Assembly (NCBI RefSeq): GCF_006345805.1
Contig: NC_042999.1
Span: forward strand, 162,440,001 to 162,504,000
Source: Octopus sinensis
Lineage: Eukaryota
DNA length: 64,000 nucleotides
Direction of reading: 5' to 3'
The translations under genes were made by a program, and so were the position numbers. This document shows positions 26,197-39,681 of this stretch, in pieces. The notes under the pieces were generated by a model. The model was not told the DNA's origin and ran no database searches. It saw nothing but the letters and a program-made list of their open reading frames with translations. Position 1 is the first letter of the stretch; each line of letters starts with the position of its first letter.

Positions 26197-27083
26197 TAGC
26201 CAAAACAGCAACAGTAGCAACAACAAGACAAGAGAACATGTGTCACTCGACTTGCAGCAAATAGCAACCAAATATATTTTAATCAAATCTTAAATGAGAA
26301 GTATACACTAAATAATGCAATCTTAGATACACTCTGAAAAAAAATGAAGCTGAGATGGTTATGGATGTAACACTTATAATCTAATCAGGCCTGATTAGAA
26401 TTAGATGTACCTATACATTATATGATAAATATACTATTATATTATATACTAAATAAACAAACCAATAATGGGGCCTCAACACATTCTGCTAAAAATAGTC
26501 ACCAAATCTCTCTTATATCACATTTGCTATCTTAAACAAGAACACATTCAATAGTTTACTCTCAAAGAAGCAAATGGCAGGATGGTCATGACTGGAACAC
26601 TCTTGATCACAGGTCTGTTTTATTAGATTTCTGAGGTCAAACACAATAACATCAGCAAGTAGCCATCATCAATATCAACAGCAGCACAGCAGCAGCAACA
26701 GATGGAGGGAGAGGAGGAGGAGGAGGATCAACAGCAACTACAATAGCAACTATAGTTGCAGTAGTAAGTAGTAGTTGTAAAAGAAGGAGGAGGAGGAGCA
26801 GCTGTAGCAACCATGGCAATTGTAGTAGTAATAGCAACAATAATAATCGCTACAACAGCAACAGTAGTTGCAACAGTTGTAACAATATTAATTATGTACA
26901 TTTTATTTTTCTCAGTTGGCTCAACGTGGAAAGAGAGGCAGGCCCGTGGCCCCTGCTATTAAGCTTCTCTTGAACTGTTGCAGGAAAAATGTGCAAGGGA
27001 GAATTACTGTGGGCCAACATTCTGGAGAGAAAATAATGATTAGTGTAGGGTTTGGAAAGGCAGTGACACAATATGGGTAACAA

Positions 27084-27313
27084 GGCGGCGAGCTGGCAGA
27101 AATGTTAGCACGCCGGGCGAAATGCGTTGCCGTATTTCGTCTGCCGTTATGTTCTGAGTTCAAATTCCGCCGAGGTCGACTTTGCCTTTCATCCTTTCGG
27201 GGTCAATTAAATAAGTACCAGTTACGCACTGGGGTCGATATAATCAACTTAATCCGTTTGTCTGTCCTTGTTTGTCCTCTCTGTGTTTAGCCCCTTGTGA
27301 GTAATAAAGAAAT
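27084..27313 (+). mobile_element. SINE family C (Meta-domain-like central motif)
   Basis: GCCTTTCATCCTTTCGGGGTC.AT.AAATAAGTACC; TSD ATGGGTAACAAG / ATGAGTAACAAG; second copy at 56845; decayed copies near 25290-25410, 51030-51130, 55030-55330. Confidence 0.8.
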
Positions 27314-27854
27314 AATGAGTAACAAGAGAAGAAAAGATGAGTTGGGGGAGCCTGGGTAGGTGGAGGTTGCATGGGACCAGCCAACTAGCAAGCACCAAGA
27401 AGCAGAAGCCAGTAGAGTGACTGTAGAAAAGGCAGAGAAAGGAAACAGCACAAATGTAGGTCAGAGGTTAAAGTGCATTTGTGAGTGAAATAAACCAATT
27501 GAGTGGTCTTTCTTTGGATACAGCCTAAGATGTCTGTGAGTGTAGAAACAAGCTTCTGATGAGCCGACTGGATGTATCAGAGAGTTCAGGAAGTGAGAAA
27601 TATTGATTGTTATGTGGCACCATGGTGAGTAAAGAGTGGATAACCTGATAGGTTCAGAGATGTTGATGTTGGGTTCTGAGGTAGGAATGAGATTGAGGGT
27701 AATTGGAATGTCAGTGTATCAACCAAGTATGCCTGTAGGGAAAAAAAAATTGGTGTACAGAAATAAGGATTGAAAAAGATTCAGGGATTGGCAGCATCAG
27801 AATGGGGCAAATGTGAAAGACAAGACAAGTGATGGAGAGGGATGAAGTTAAATA

Positions 27855-29067
27855 TTGGGTTAGCAGCTAAGTTCCCGCCATTTTTTAAAATTTTAATATT
27901 TTAAAAGGTTTAATAAAAAGTACCAACTAATTAATCAATAATGTATTCACCCTTGTTGTTTACAACTTCTTCCCAACGTTCAACAAGATTTTCAATGCCT
28001 CGTTGGTAGAAATCACCCAATTTCGGCACGAAAATTGATCCAACCAAACTCTCAATTCTGCATCGGTACTAATGAAACTCTGCGTATAGCATTTGAAAGA
28101 GATCGAAAGAAGTGGAAATCCATTAGTGCCAAATCAGGAGAGTATGGCAGGTGTGGCAGCACTTCCCGGCCATGCATTTGCATGGCTTCCTTGGTCATAT
28201 TGGCGATATGAGGGCAGGCGTTGTCATGCAGCAGAAGAACTCCATGTTGCCGATTAGGTCTTTTCTCTTGAATAGCACTGTTGAGTCATTTCATCTGTTG
28301 AACATAGAATTCCACGTTGACCGTTTGGTTCCATTCAAGCAATTTGTAATGGATAATCCCTTCCCAGTCCCACCATATGCACAACATATGAAGATCTTGT
28401 TTCACACACAGTGTTGCTTGTTTACTAGGGCTAAGCTATTCCTTACGCTGCTTCATATTGATATATAGGAACCATTTTTCGTCGCCAGTAACAATTCAGT
28501 AAAGAAATCGTTGCTTGTGTCCATGAGTTGAGCGGTAATGAGCAAGCAAACCAGCGGAGATTGTGGCTCGTTGACTTTTGTTGTTGTCACTTAAAGCATG
28601 GAGAACCCATGCTCCATACTTCTGAACCTTTCCCATCGAGTGAAGATGCTTCTCTGTAGCAGTGTGGGAGCATTCCATTTACTCTGCTAGTACCTTTGTT
28701 GTTTGATGAGAATTTTCATGCAAAAGTTGGTTTAATCGCTCTTCATTGAACTGAACTGGATGACCAGAACAAGGTACGTCTTTGAGGTCAAAATTTCCAT
28801 TTTTGAACTCGGCATACCAATCACAAGCGGTTCTTTCAGCTATGACACCCTCTCCATACACAGCACAAATGTCGTGAGCAGCTTTTGCAGCCTTAAAACC
28901 TTAATTAAAAGCAAAAAGAAGGTGTCGAAAATGTTTGTTTTTCTTAACTTGACATTCCACTTTAATGATCTGAAAATAAACAATAATTAACAAAAATTAA
29001 CTAGAAAAAAAAAACCATATAGATTCCAAAATTTTTAAAAACCGCGGAAACTTAGTTGCCAACCCAA
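27855..29067 (-). mobile_element. mariner transposon, near full length, transposase pseudogene
   Basis: TA-flanked TIRs TTGGGTTAGCAGCTAAGTT / AACTTAGTTGCCAACCCAA; motifs SGHP, WVLHAL, VTGDEKW, DNACPH, PYSPDLA. Confidence 0.92.
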
Positions 29068-29331
29068 TAGATGTACTTCATATAAGAAGAGATATGGTTG
29101 AAAAGTTGTTGGTAACTGGAAAAGTTTTGGAAATGGTAGAAGTAGATGTATTTGGAGAAATGGGTTTGAGCTAAAGTAACAGGAAAACTTTGTTACAGAT
29201 ATCCAGGTGTGAGAGATGAGTTGTGGGATAAGTGGAATCTAAAATATGCACAGACAGAATCTACAATATGCATAGACACTGCCTTTCAGAATGAAATTTA
29301 AGTAGAGTATAACCTAGATAGGAGAAATGGA

Positions 29332-29733
29332 CTCTCTCTTTTACTCTTTTACTTGTTTCAGTCATTTGGCTGTGGCCATGCTGGAGCACCACCTTTAGTC
29401 GAGAAAATCGACCCCAGGACTTATTCTTTTGTAAGCCTTGTACTTATTCTATCAGTCTCTTTTGCTGAACCACTAAGTGACGGAGACATAAACACACCAG
29501 CATCGGTTGTCAAGCAATACTAGGGGGACAAACACAGACACAAACATACACACACACATATATATATATATATATACGACGGGCTTCTTTCAGTTTCCGT
29601 CTACCAAATCCACTCACAAGGCTTTGGTTGGCCCGAGTAGAAGACACTTGCCCAAGATGCCACGCAGCGGGACTGAACCCAGAATCATGTGGTTGGTAAG
29701 CAAGCTACTTACCACATAGCCACTCCTACGCCT
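29332..29733 (-). mobile_element. SINE family B
   Basis: Full reverse-complement copy. Confidence 0.88.
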
Positions 29734-30719
29734 ACGACTGCAGATAATAGTTGAGAGATCTGTATCTCAAAAGAAGATGCGTGATTTGCTTGTTAGTATG
29801 AGATTATGTGCAGAGTATAAGTTGGGTTGTTATCTGTGGATCTTAAGAAAAAGGAAAGAGAATTGTCTAGCAGATTCAGTATGAATACTTGAAATGGAGT
29901 GGTGTCCACTAAAGGTATGTACAGATTAAATGGTAGTGTTAAACTGAAGAGCATGACATGCCAACCAAAAACTAGAGAGAATACCCTTCTATTCTCTATA
30001 AAACAAGATAACATCAGGTGAATGGTGACCTAGAGTCAAACAAAATATTGCCACAAATAATCACAACCAATCCACACCAGCAAAGAAAAAGCAGATATAG
30101 AAACAATGTATGTGTGTGTGTGTGTGTGTGTGTGTGCATGTATGTATGCACACACAAACACACACATGATAAACATTTATTGACTGGGGCAGATGCAGCC
30201 ACTATCAAATAGAAAGTATCCAATATATAACATATTTATATTATATAGAGAGCACAATTACACATAGATGCCGCACGCTAGGAGGGACTTTTAAAGTCAA
30301 AACTACCAAAATAAACAAATTGTACCGAATGCAATCTTCAAAGCGAGTCATTTAAAAACAGAATTTAGTTACATATCACCTGTGATTTCGCAATCAATGC
30401 AGTATATGCATTTTATGTTCTTCAGTGCAACAAACTCAAGATATATATGAATGAACAAGAACAACATACCAGACGAGCAACCGCAGTGTCCATCGCAGCA
30501 TATAGGAATGTACATCCCTACATATCTATGTAAATGGCGGGCTATTCGAATTGCATTTCGGTAACAACGTGCTTACTCGGAACAAAAATTCAGTATTGAA
30601 TTGTTCCGGTGAAAAATATAAATTTAAAAATAGGATAAAATCTTCATAAGAAATTATCAAGTAGTTAGCGTGAAAAAACATAGGTAAGAATGAAAGGGAT
30701 TTATTTATATGACATCCCT

Positions 30720-31800
30720 ATGGGAGCCAGTGACTCTGCTGAAGCTACTGACCTCGTTGGACTCTACCTACTTAACAGTCTCCATTAACCATTTCCCAAC
30801 ATCTCCGGTGAGCTATAGAGAGATGGCACTGTTCACTATCCAAAATTCTAGTAAGCAGATAACGAAACAAACTAAAAAAAGATGAAGAAGCTTCTTTAAA
30901 AACGTTGGCTTCAGTATCTCTTTCTAAAATGTCAAAACCACTAATTTCTTCGATGTTACCCTGGACTGACAAAACCAAACCTACCCATACCACAAACCTG
31001 GGGAAAGCCTCCTCCTCTGCTAATCAAGATTTATTCGATCAACATGCTGAATATTACAACTGTGCCCAACAACATGCTGGATATTAACACTTAATTGAAT
31101 ATATACCCATGTGGGACATTCATCTCTCAACTAAACCCAGAGCAAAAACTAGTTCCTAACCCCCATATTATAAATGTAACCCCCTACTCCACCCCTCCAA
31201 TACCCATCCAAATATTGGAGTAGCAAATGACCTAACAAACGACCCACCCCCTACCTGATAATCCCTAATCCCATATACGCCACAACCAACCAAAACACAC
31301 CAACATACACCTCCAAAACCCTATCTCCATCTAGGTAACCCTCCCTAATCAAATTAAATGAATTAGACACAAGACGTCATCTAGTTCCACCCCACCCATC
31401 GCCCTTTATGTCCAGACTTGAGTACCCAAACTCTTCTTCTCCCTACTCAAAAAATATTTCCCTAAATCTAACCCCCTTAGAAAAATATTTAATCCCCAAT
31501 CTATAAAGTTGTCCTACTCTACCACTACCAACAACACTGCTGGAGTTACCCAAAATCTTAACAAGAAACTCTAAAATCCATCAATGGTTAACCTCCACCC
31601 TAGTAAATTAATTCAACATAACTTCTAACTCCATGCATATAAACCCAATGCACCAACTGACCCCCTTAACAAAACTAACCCCTGATAACTACAATTATAA
31701 TGCCAAAGCTAACACCTGACTCTTAAATGCACCACAATGCCCAAATATACTTCCTGTCATAATAGTGAACATCCCAGAGGATAAACAATAATCATACAAT
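30720..31800 (+). mobile_element. Highly degraded PLE fragment
   Basis: ~31452-31535 translates KYFPKSNPLRKIFNPQSIKLSYSTT, homologous to KHF...YRIFNRRTLKVSYS in PLE2; outer limits uncertain. Confidence 0.5.
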
Positions 31801-32864
31801 ACAACCCAACAACACCACCCTCAACTCCTCTCCAGCTTTGTCCGTGTTACATGCAATTGAAGAATTAGACTTTTCGGTTATATTTTCTGTAATGAACTGG
31901 AATACCTATGATTCGAATTTCATCAAAATTGCAGATGAGGGTTCTTTCCCTCTTTGCACACCCTAAAAAAATTCTAATCATGACACATGTATCCCATATT
32001 ACTGATCTTTATGCGCAGATTCCAAAATTCCAGTCTTATAGAATCTGTTAAAAGGATTTTACTCTTGAAAAATGGAGGTCATGGAGCTCTAAAATGTGGG
32101 AGTTAAGGCCCCTATTGGGGGTGGGTGTCTGAATGTCAACCAGAGAAGTTGAATTGTTGAGAATCTTTTTATCTTGGGTCTTATATGTATTGTTCGAATT
32201 TCTTTGAAATAGGAAATATGTGTTTACTGGGTTTATAAAAGAGAGAGCAAAGCTACAGGAAACCAAAAGACGAATGATCACAATGAGCAGTCAGCTACCG
32301 TACCCTAGTCGTTACTACTCCCCAGTGTAGGATTCCTCACCATACAGGTGACAGGCACAGCTGTAAGATGCATTACGAATCTATAGCAATTGGAAGTGTG
32401 TGACCCAACTGAAATAAACATTAACAAATGTGTGATGTGAGGGCTAAGGAGAACTGAAAGTGTTACCTCTGGAGTTTGCAAATGACCACTATACTGATAC
32501 GTAACTGGACAGAATAAATTTACAATCTATAAATGTCTTTGAATAACCAGTCATTCATTTGAGAAGGCCTTGAAATCAATATTACCATCTGGGGACTATG
32601 TGTGACCCTGTGATAATAAACACTGAAAGGAGGTCTGCAACCAAATAACTTTACTCAACACTTTGCAACTGAATCAGTGGAGGCAAAGATGCCTCTCATT
32701 TACTTGACAATTTATGCACCACATTGCAGAAATCACAATCTAAGTATATCTCAAAGCAAACTCTTACACTGTTGCACCATTGAATTATAAATAATGCTCA
32801 TCTTTTATGCTAGGGTGACCCTACAGCTTCCAAGAGTACAACTGTATTCATCTTTGCTTAGATA

Positions 32865-33335
32865 AAATGACTAAATTGTGGGTGTTAAGTCCCCATGAAA
32901 GGGTCTTTCTAACTTCTAAGAAGACGAAATTTTATAAATATTACTTCATTTGTATCTATGGTTAAAATTTCATCAACAGCAAAAATATATGAATTGTCAT
33001 GGGTGTTATGACCCTTATGCATAGAATATAATTTCCAACTTTCATAAAGATCCATTCAGTACTTTTGACCTAGTTTTGGATCATAAAAAATGACTAAAAT
33101 TTGGGAGTTAAGGCCCCCATTCGGGTGTCTTAAAATACTCATGAAGTGGAAACTTTGAGAATAGTTCTTGATGTGTGTCGATTACCTATGGTTGAAATTT
33201 CAAAAACATCGAAAAATTATGAATTTTCATGGACATTCTGCCCCCTTTAAGCCATCTGAAATTCATTATACCCGCCCTTATGCATTGAATCTAAGTTCCA
33301 AATATCATAAGGATCCATTCAGTAATTTTGGTCCA
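32865..33335. repeat. Two diverged tandem units of ~220-250 bp (partial third near 32090)
   Basis: Recurring AAATGACTAAA..GGGAGTTAAG.CCCC, CTATGGTT.AAATTTCA, CCCTTATGCAT..., CATAA.GATCCATTCAGTA. Confidence 0.65.
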
Positions 33336-33488
33336 TGAAATTGTATGAAACACACAGCATTACCTGGACACATCCTGTTAAAATAAATTGGATCTGCACA
33401 AATGAAAACAAACAGCAGCCATTATTGTGTAGCAGCAACATTTCTGCTGTCCCAAATTATTAGGCAGGTACCCAATTTAAGTGTCATT

Positions 33489-33840
33489 ATGGGTCAGAAA
33501 TGTGATCTTACCTTGAATGAGAAGTCTACCATTGTGTCAGAGCTTGGAAAAGGAAAAACAACCATAGAAATATCAAAAATACTGGAAAGAGATCACTGAA
33601 TAATGAAGGAATTTGTGCAGTCTCTTATATCTGTCCAGTTGAGGGCAGATAAGAGTAAGTTGAGGGTTGCTTCGAATCATACTTTGTTACGTGTGAAAAG
33701 GGAAGTTGTGTGGAATCCATGTCTGACAAGTAGAGAAGTCTTCAAATATTGTGGTAGGAAAGATATATAAAAAATTACCAGGCATCTCCACTTGAAGCAG
33801 GTAGCCAAGAATGTTAAACCTGTTACAAGGCCCCCTCTGA
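33489..33840 (+). pseudogene. Tc1-like transposase N-terminal (paired-like HTH) fragment
   Basis: MGQKCDLTLNEKSTIV...EISKILERDH*...RADKSKLR...NPCLTSREVF...RPPL. Confidence 0.75.
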
Positions 33841-33899
33841 ACTGATGCAGAAGTACCAGGAAGACATTAAATGTGTTCTATAACAGCACTAAGACTTTT

Positions 33900-35178
33900 T
33901 TTGCTAATATGTGTTTTAATTTGCAATGGACAAAAAAAGATTTGGCATTTTACTTTGTACGTGAAGTTCCATGTTGTCCAAACTTCTACAAAAGATTTTT
34001 GCAATAACTTCATCAAATAACTGATCAATATTTATTACTTGCTTTCCAATCTTTTGGTTTATCTTAATTGTAGACTGCTCAGTAATAGGCCAAGATATGT
34101 CTCCAGAATTTTTATTACATTCCTAAGTAGAAATGTAATACTGAATAATGAAAAGTATCATTTTAGCATTTTTTCAATTAGAAGCATCTACAGAAATTGT
34201 CATAAAATTTGCTAGCCATTCATGCCATTACATTTAAAATTCGGGCTTCACATTGTGTCACTGCAAGACAGAACTTTGGCTCAAAATGTTTTGAGACTAA
34301 CTTTGACAAACAGTAGGGTGTCTTGAAACCCAGTTTATGAGAAACAAAAAAACAAGAGACCTCTTTCAAGGCAATAAGAAACTCCAGTTCAATTACTTCC
34401 AACTTTTTAAAAGAGTATCTAATCATGATACACTAACTACAAAACTCATTTTGTGCTTTTAAGATTTCAAATGACCTTTAATATCTGACCTACCTCCGTG
34501 CACTACAGTGATGTCTGCAAAACAGTGACCACATTTTACTGTCAAACAAAGTTTTTTTAGAAAAAATCCAGCATTTTCTGTGTTTTAGTTAAGACTGAGT
34601 AAAAGATAAAAAACAAAACAACAGTGAGAGACTTATGTCAGTCAGCTATCAGTGTCCAATTGTACAGACACCTCTAGCAATCTTGGTGAATTGTCTGAGG
34701 GACAAGTTGAATCACCTAAGTTCTGCAGTCTGACTCTATTTCTCATGTAAAACATCTTATAAAAGGCCTAATATTATTATTCATTAATGTGTAAATGAGT
34801 CAGAGTTCAGAGACTTCTATTATTTCTCTCAGTCTATGAAAAATTACTGTCACCAGCTGGTTTTTCTATGGGCCACCTATTTCTTCCCAGTTGAAGTAAT
34901 GATTTTGAATATCATGGTTCATGTGTACGAGTGAAGCAGAGGGTTTTAGTCTCAAATCTTGGTTTGGCTATTGTTACAGGAGTCTGATATTCTACTAAGA
35001 AGACTAATTAGCATCAATACTAGTGACTTTTCTAACAAACAGGGTAAAAAAAAATCATAGCAAATAAATTTTTTCAAATTCCCAAAGATGTGGGACATAA
35101 TTCCAAACCAGCTGGCATACCAGGGCAACATTAATAAACCAGGACAGTCCCGGACAAGCTAGGCTGTATGATAACTAA
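33900..35178 (-). mobile_element. Degraded hAT (Tip100-like) transposon remnant
   Basis: Minus strand SHKLGFKT..CLSKL..KHF.PKFCLA.TQCEARILNVMA...FMTISVDASN; GGACAGTCCCGG subterminal motif near 35142. Confidence 0.55.
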
Positions 35179-35329
35179 TATATCATAATAATTTTAACTT
35201 CAATATTTTTACCAACACCTTGAATTTCTCTTACTCTCTCTGTCTCCCCACTACTATAAGAGAGGTTAAAGGCACAGCTTACATAGAACAAGATTCAACA
35301 AAAGGTCTACCTTCTTATATCACTCCCTA

Positions 35330-36310
35330 GTGGGCTCTTGCTTTACAGAAGTTGGCAAAATGAAAGTTGTTGATCTAGAATTTAGCGAAGTTTGTTCCTG
35401 GCATGCAAATCTATCAAAACCTATGTGCTCCACCCACCTCTCATCTGTTGGATCAGTAGCATCCTTTCAGTGCACCACTGGCATGTGCTGACAGACTTCT
35501 TACTGCCCTACTCTCAGCCCAACTGGTGTTCCCCAGGATTTAGTTTCTGACCCACTTTCGTCTTTCTATACATCAATGATCCTGCTTACATATCCAACAA
35601 TGCCCACTCTTATGCAGATAATTCAACCCTTCATTCTTCTCAATCTTTCCCTGACCATACATCATTCACACACACACTCTACACACAACATATCAAACCA
35701 GAACTTTCCATGAATGAACAACTTGAAGGTATCCTCCGGTGGGGGCTGTGCCAACCTTGTCTCTTTTAACAAGTAAACTCAAGCACTACTCATAGAAAGA
35801 AAATATCACCACACCACACCCCTTCTGAAAATGTACTGCATTCAGCTAAGGCCCTTGAAATCACCCCAAATTCTACTCCTTACCATCACTGAGAATCTGA
35901 CTGATAAAAACATGCATTTAGAAGAGCTAGGACTGCATCCAGTAGGTATTCCAGCCCCTAATAGCTGCTGAGACTCTACAAGGCCGAAATGGAGTACTGT
36001 TCCCACATCTGAAACTGTTATGTTACAGTCATCTTGAACCACATCCAGAGAAGGGTCACTCAGGTGACATTTACATTGTGGACACATTTCAGCCTCTGAC
36101 ACACAGTCATACAGTTTCTTCTCTCTGCCTTTTCTACCACTATTATAAGTCTGCTCCTACTAAGAACTAATTTCATACCTTCCCTGCTCAGATATCACTG
36201 ACTCACTGCTCATGCCTCTGGTGTCCAGCCCCACACAGTCTTCCACTAACAACTATGTCCTATCCTTTCTTCTCAGATAATCAGCCATTTGGAATCTCCT
36301 TGCTCCACTG
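35330..36310 (+). mobile_element. Degraded CR1/L2-group LINE RT fragment
   Basis: GVPQD...FLYIND...HSYADNSTL, RPKWSTVP / MEYCSHI-like segment. Confidence 0.6.
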
Positions 36311-37257
36311 CATTTTGAAACAAGAACTGAAACAAGCAAATATATTAAAAATAAAATATCATTTCTGCTGCAAACTTCAGCCACACACAACCACTCTTAC
36401 ATCCCAACAGTCTTAATATAGTCAAAGAAGTTTTGTAAACATGTGTATTACATGTGTGTGCATGAGGGAGTGGAGGAGGCATGTTTATGTACACATGTAA
36501 TACATGTGTACAGAAATACCAACAGCCTTAGTTAAAGTGGGAAGAGGTGAGTACGTTTTTATTTTTTTATTTGCAATTAATTAACTTCTAACAGTTGGAA
36601 ATAGAATGGAACAGACTAACATACTGTGCAGCCTGTATGTTCTTTAGGTAATTGAAAACAACAACACATTCTACACAATTGCCACTCATTAATATAACAC
36701 ACACAGCATATACTCCACACAATCACTGTAATACCAATTACCAACCAAAAATACTAACACCACCCAACAAAATGAGAAATCACATTGTACGCCCAATCAA
36801 TAAAAAGACTAAACACTAAAATAACACCAGAAACAAATAAACACCCACAAAATAGCAAAACTGATGTATACAAACACAATTCTACATCAGAAGATGATGA
36901 TGCACACACCTTAGGAACACAAAGATGCACTTGGTGGTGCGGCAGAAACTTGCATACAAAAGTTGAAAACAACTACAACAATCTGTAAAAAACAAGACAA
37001 GTCAATAGACCATATAATTTCATGGTGCTCCACCATGTCTCCAGTTGAATATAAAGCTAAGCATAATCAAGTTGGTCAATACATTTACTGGACACTATGC
37101 AAATATTAGGGTACAGGTCATATAAAAAAACTGGTATGAAAACCATCACCTACCAGTAGTTGAAGCAAAAATGCAACAATTTGATGGAGTTTTACACTAC
37201 ACACTGACTGCACCATAAATGCCAATTAGCCTGATATTATTTGTTTTTTTCTTTTAT

Positions 37258-37435
37258 TTCTTTTACTTGTTTCAGTCATTTGACTGCAGCCATGCTGGAG
37301 CACTGCCTTGAAGGGTTTTAGTCAAAGAAATCAATCCCAGGACTTATTCTCTGTAAGCCAAGTACTTATTCTATCAGTCTCCCCTGCCAAATCACTAAGG
37401 TATGGGGACAAATACAGACACACATACACAGTTAT

Positions 37436-37478
<43 letters not shown>

Positions 37479-37820
37479 ATATATATTTGTTACTTTTCAT
37501 CTGTCTTGCTCGCTTACATTCTGGTGTTTGCTAAATTTTCTTGAGAACATTTCTTAGTGGTAAGACCATAGCAGATATACTTCTAGCATAAGGGTTGTCC
37601 ACATAGAGGTCATCCCTCTCATATGTATGTAATACAATTTACTGAACCATCAGATTTTAACATGCTAGACCACTGGTTTTAAATTGATGTTTAATCAACA
37701 ACCAAATCCACTCACTAGGTTTTGGTCAGCCTGAAACTATAGGTGCCGTGCAGTGAGACTAAACCCAGAACCATGTGGTTGGGAAGCAAGCTTTTTACCA
37801 CACAGCCATGCCTCTGCCTG
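37258..37820 (-). mobile_element. SINE family B split by a ~300-bp insertion
   Basis: Tail 37258-37405, head 37703-37820. Confidence 0.75.
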
Positions 37821-37914
37821 TAAAAGATTTTAAAAATAGAACATGCATATTCATTGACATGACAATATCATCTGATAAAAATTTATCTGTTAAAAAGTAT
37901 AACAAATTTGCAAA

Positions 37915-38163
37915 GTAGCTTTTAGCCCCAGGAGATCATCGTCTCCAGCTGGCTTTAGGTACACTATCTGTGCCCTTATGGTATTTGCAAAGAGAGGCCA
38001 TCCCTTTCTCGTAAGCCTAAGTGCAACAACCTCGAAACTGCAGTCCGGTTGTATCACTTAGGCTTACGAGAAAGGGATGGCCTCCCTTTGCAAATACCAT
38101 AAGGGCACAGATAGTGTACCTAAAGCCAGCTGGAGACGATGATCTCCTGGGGCTAAAAGCTAC
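37915..38163. repeat. Long near-perfect inverted repeat (109-bp arms, 31-nt spacer) attached to Helitron body sequence
   Basis: 37915-38023 pairs with 38055-38163 with one visible mismatch; 38155-38212 matches Helitron 11208-11265 in reverse. Confidence 0.9.
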
Positions 38164-39026
38164 AGTAACACCCACCCTTTGTGGTTAGCCATATTGAGAT
38201 GGCTATTATACTTATTATTATACTTTATAAAGACCTAGAAAGACCAGCAGAATGAGTCAATCGAAAACACAAACTACTCAAGCTGGTGCACTTGGAGTCA
38301 TAAAGAAAGGCACAGATGAGCTTCTTGAAAACAACCCTGGTAAACCCAACATTTATGAATTTCAAAAAAAAAAAAAAAAAGTCACAATAGCACAGCTCAC
38401 ATTTTATGCAAATTTGTATCTTTGTAATACGAAATAATTAATACTGATACTCTTCTTGATTTGTTTATGGTACCAAGGGCATGTACTACATTAATACAGC
38501 TGAGTAATCAGGTCAATACAAGAAAAATAATAATAAATCAATAAACAGATAAGAGCCAATAATTAGTACAGAAAGTCGGGACAATTGTTTTGGAGGATGA
38601 AAAAAGGCTTCATTCTTCTTAATTTTCCAGAATATGGCAATACCATGAAGAGCAAGCAGTAGAGAGACTCTCAAAAAAACCTTAGACAAGCTTTTAGGAG
38701 AAAGAGACAAAAGAAAAACCTGAAAATGATACACATTCACCCCTGACAATGAATGACCACACATGTCTTTGGCAACAAGTCAAGCAATTGGCAAACTCCA
38801 CCAGCTTAGTCCAATGAAGATCAGTCTTCAGACATAATGATTTGATGATACAGATGAGGTGAAAATGACAGTAAAGTGGATACAATAGGGCACATCTGAA
38901 ATCTTTCAAAGACTATTTGAGAGTCGGGCTCAGTAATGGTGCAAATGAATTGCTTATGATGGAGACCATGTTGGGTAGTACCTTTATATAGAGAAGAGTT
39001 ATTATACCAGCATATACTATTTGAAT

Positions 39027-39173
39027 GATGTATTGAGGTAATATGCAGTTAAAAATGAGTTATATATATATCTCAAGGCGTCGTCAGAGATTATAAAAAT
39101 ATAATTATAAAAATATACAAATGCAGATATAAATATGAAACAAAATACACACACACAAGAGTATATATATATA

Positions 39174-39212
<39 letters not shown>

Positions 39213-39623
39213 TGTATATACATATATATATATACATGTATATAAGTGTATATACATATATATACATGTATATAAGTATATATATAATAATATACATACA
39301 CATAAGGTTACAGATAATCAAATATATATACTGGAGTATACATATACATCCACATCAATGGGTACATATACAAAGTCCAAAGTTCATTACAATACATTAC
39401 CAAAACTATTAATATTATTATTATCATAAATAATACCAATACTGGAATATGTGCATTCTGCTATTCACAATACATAGAAGATGGAAAATACCACATAAAA
39501 TATAGTATAATATAATGGACTTTGTATATGTACCCATTGATGTGGATGTATATGTATACTCCAGTATATATATTTGATTATCTGTAACCTTATGTGTATG
39601 TATATTATTATATATATATTTAT

Positions 39624-39681
<58 letters not shown>

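Larger units (their letters stand above)
36900..38430 (+). mobile_element. Degraded R4/Dong-like LINE C-terminus (CCHC + REL endonuclease), interrupted twice
   Basis: IDHIISWC, HNQVGQYIYWTLC, TDCTINAN.PDII | VKD...CIFIDMTI.SD, YKDLE, GALGVIKKG. Confidence 0.65.

Noticed and set aside
25456-26286. 276-aa and 215-aa F/L/S-rich ORFs
   Set aside because: Antisense of a GA-rich low-complexity tract; stop-poor by composition
34041-34126. Apparent minus-strand exon (ECNKNSGDISWP...)
   Set aside because: Lies within the hAT transposase remnant
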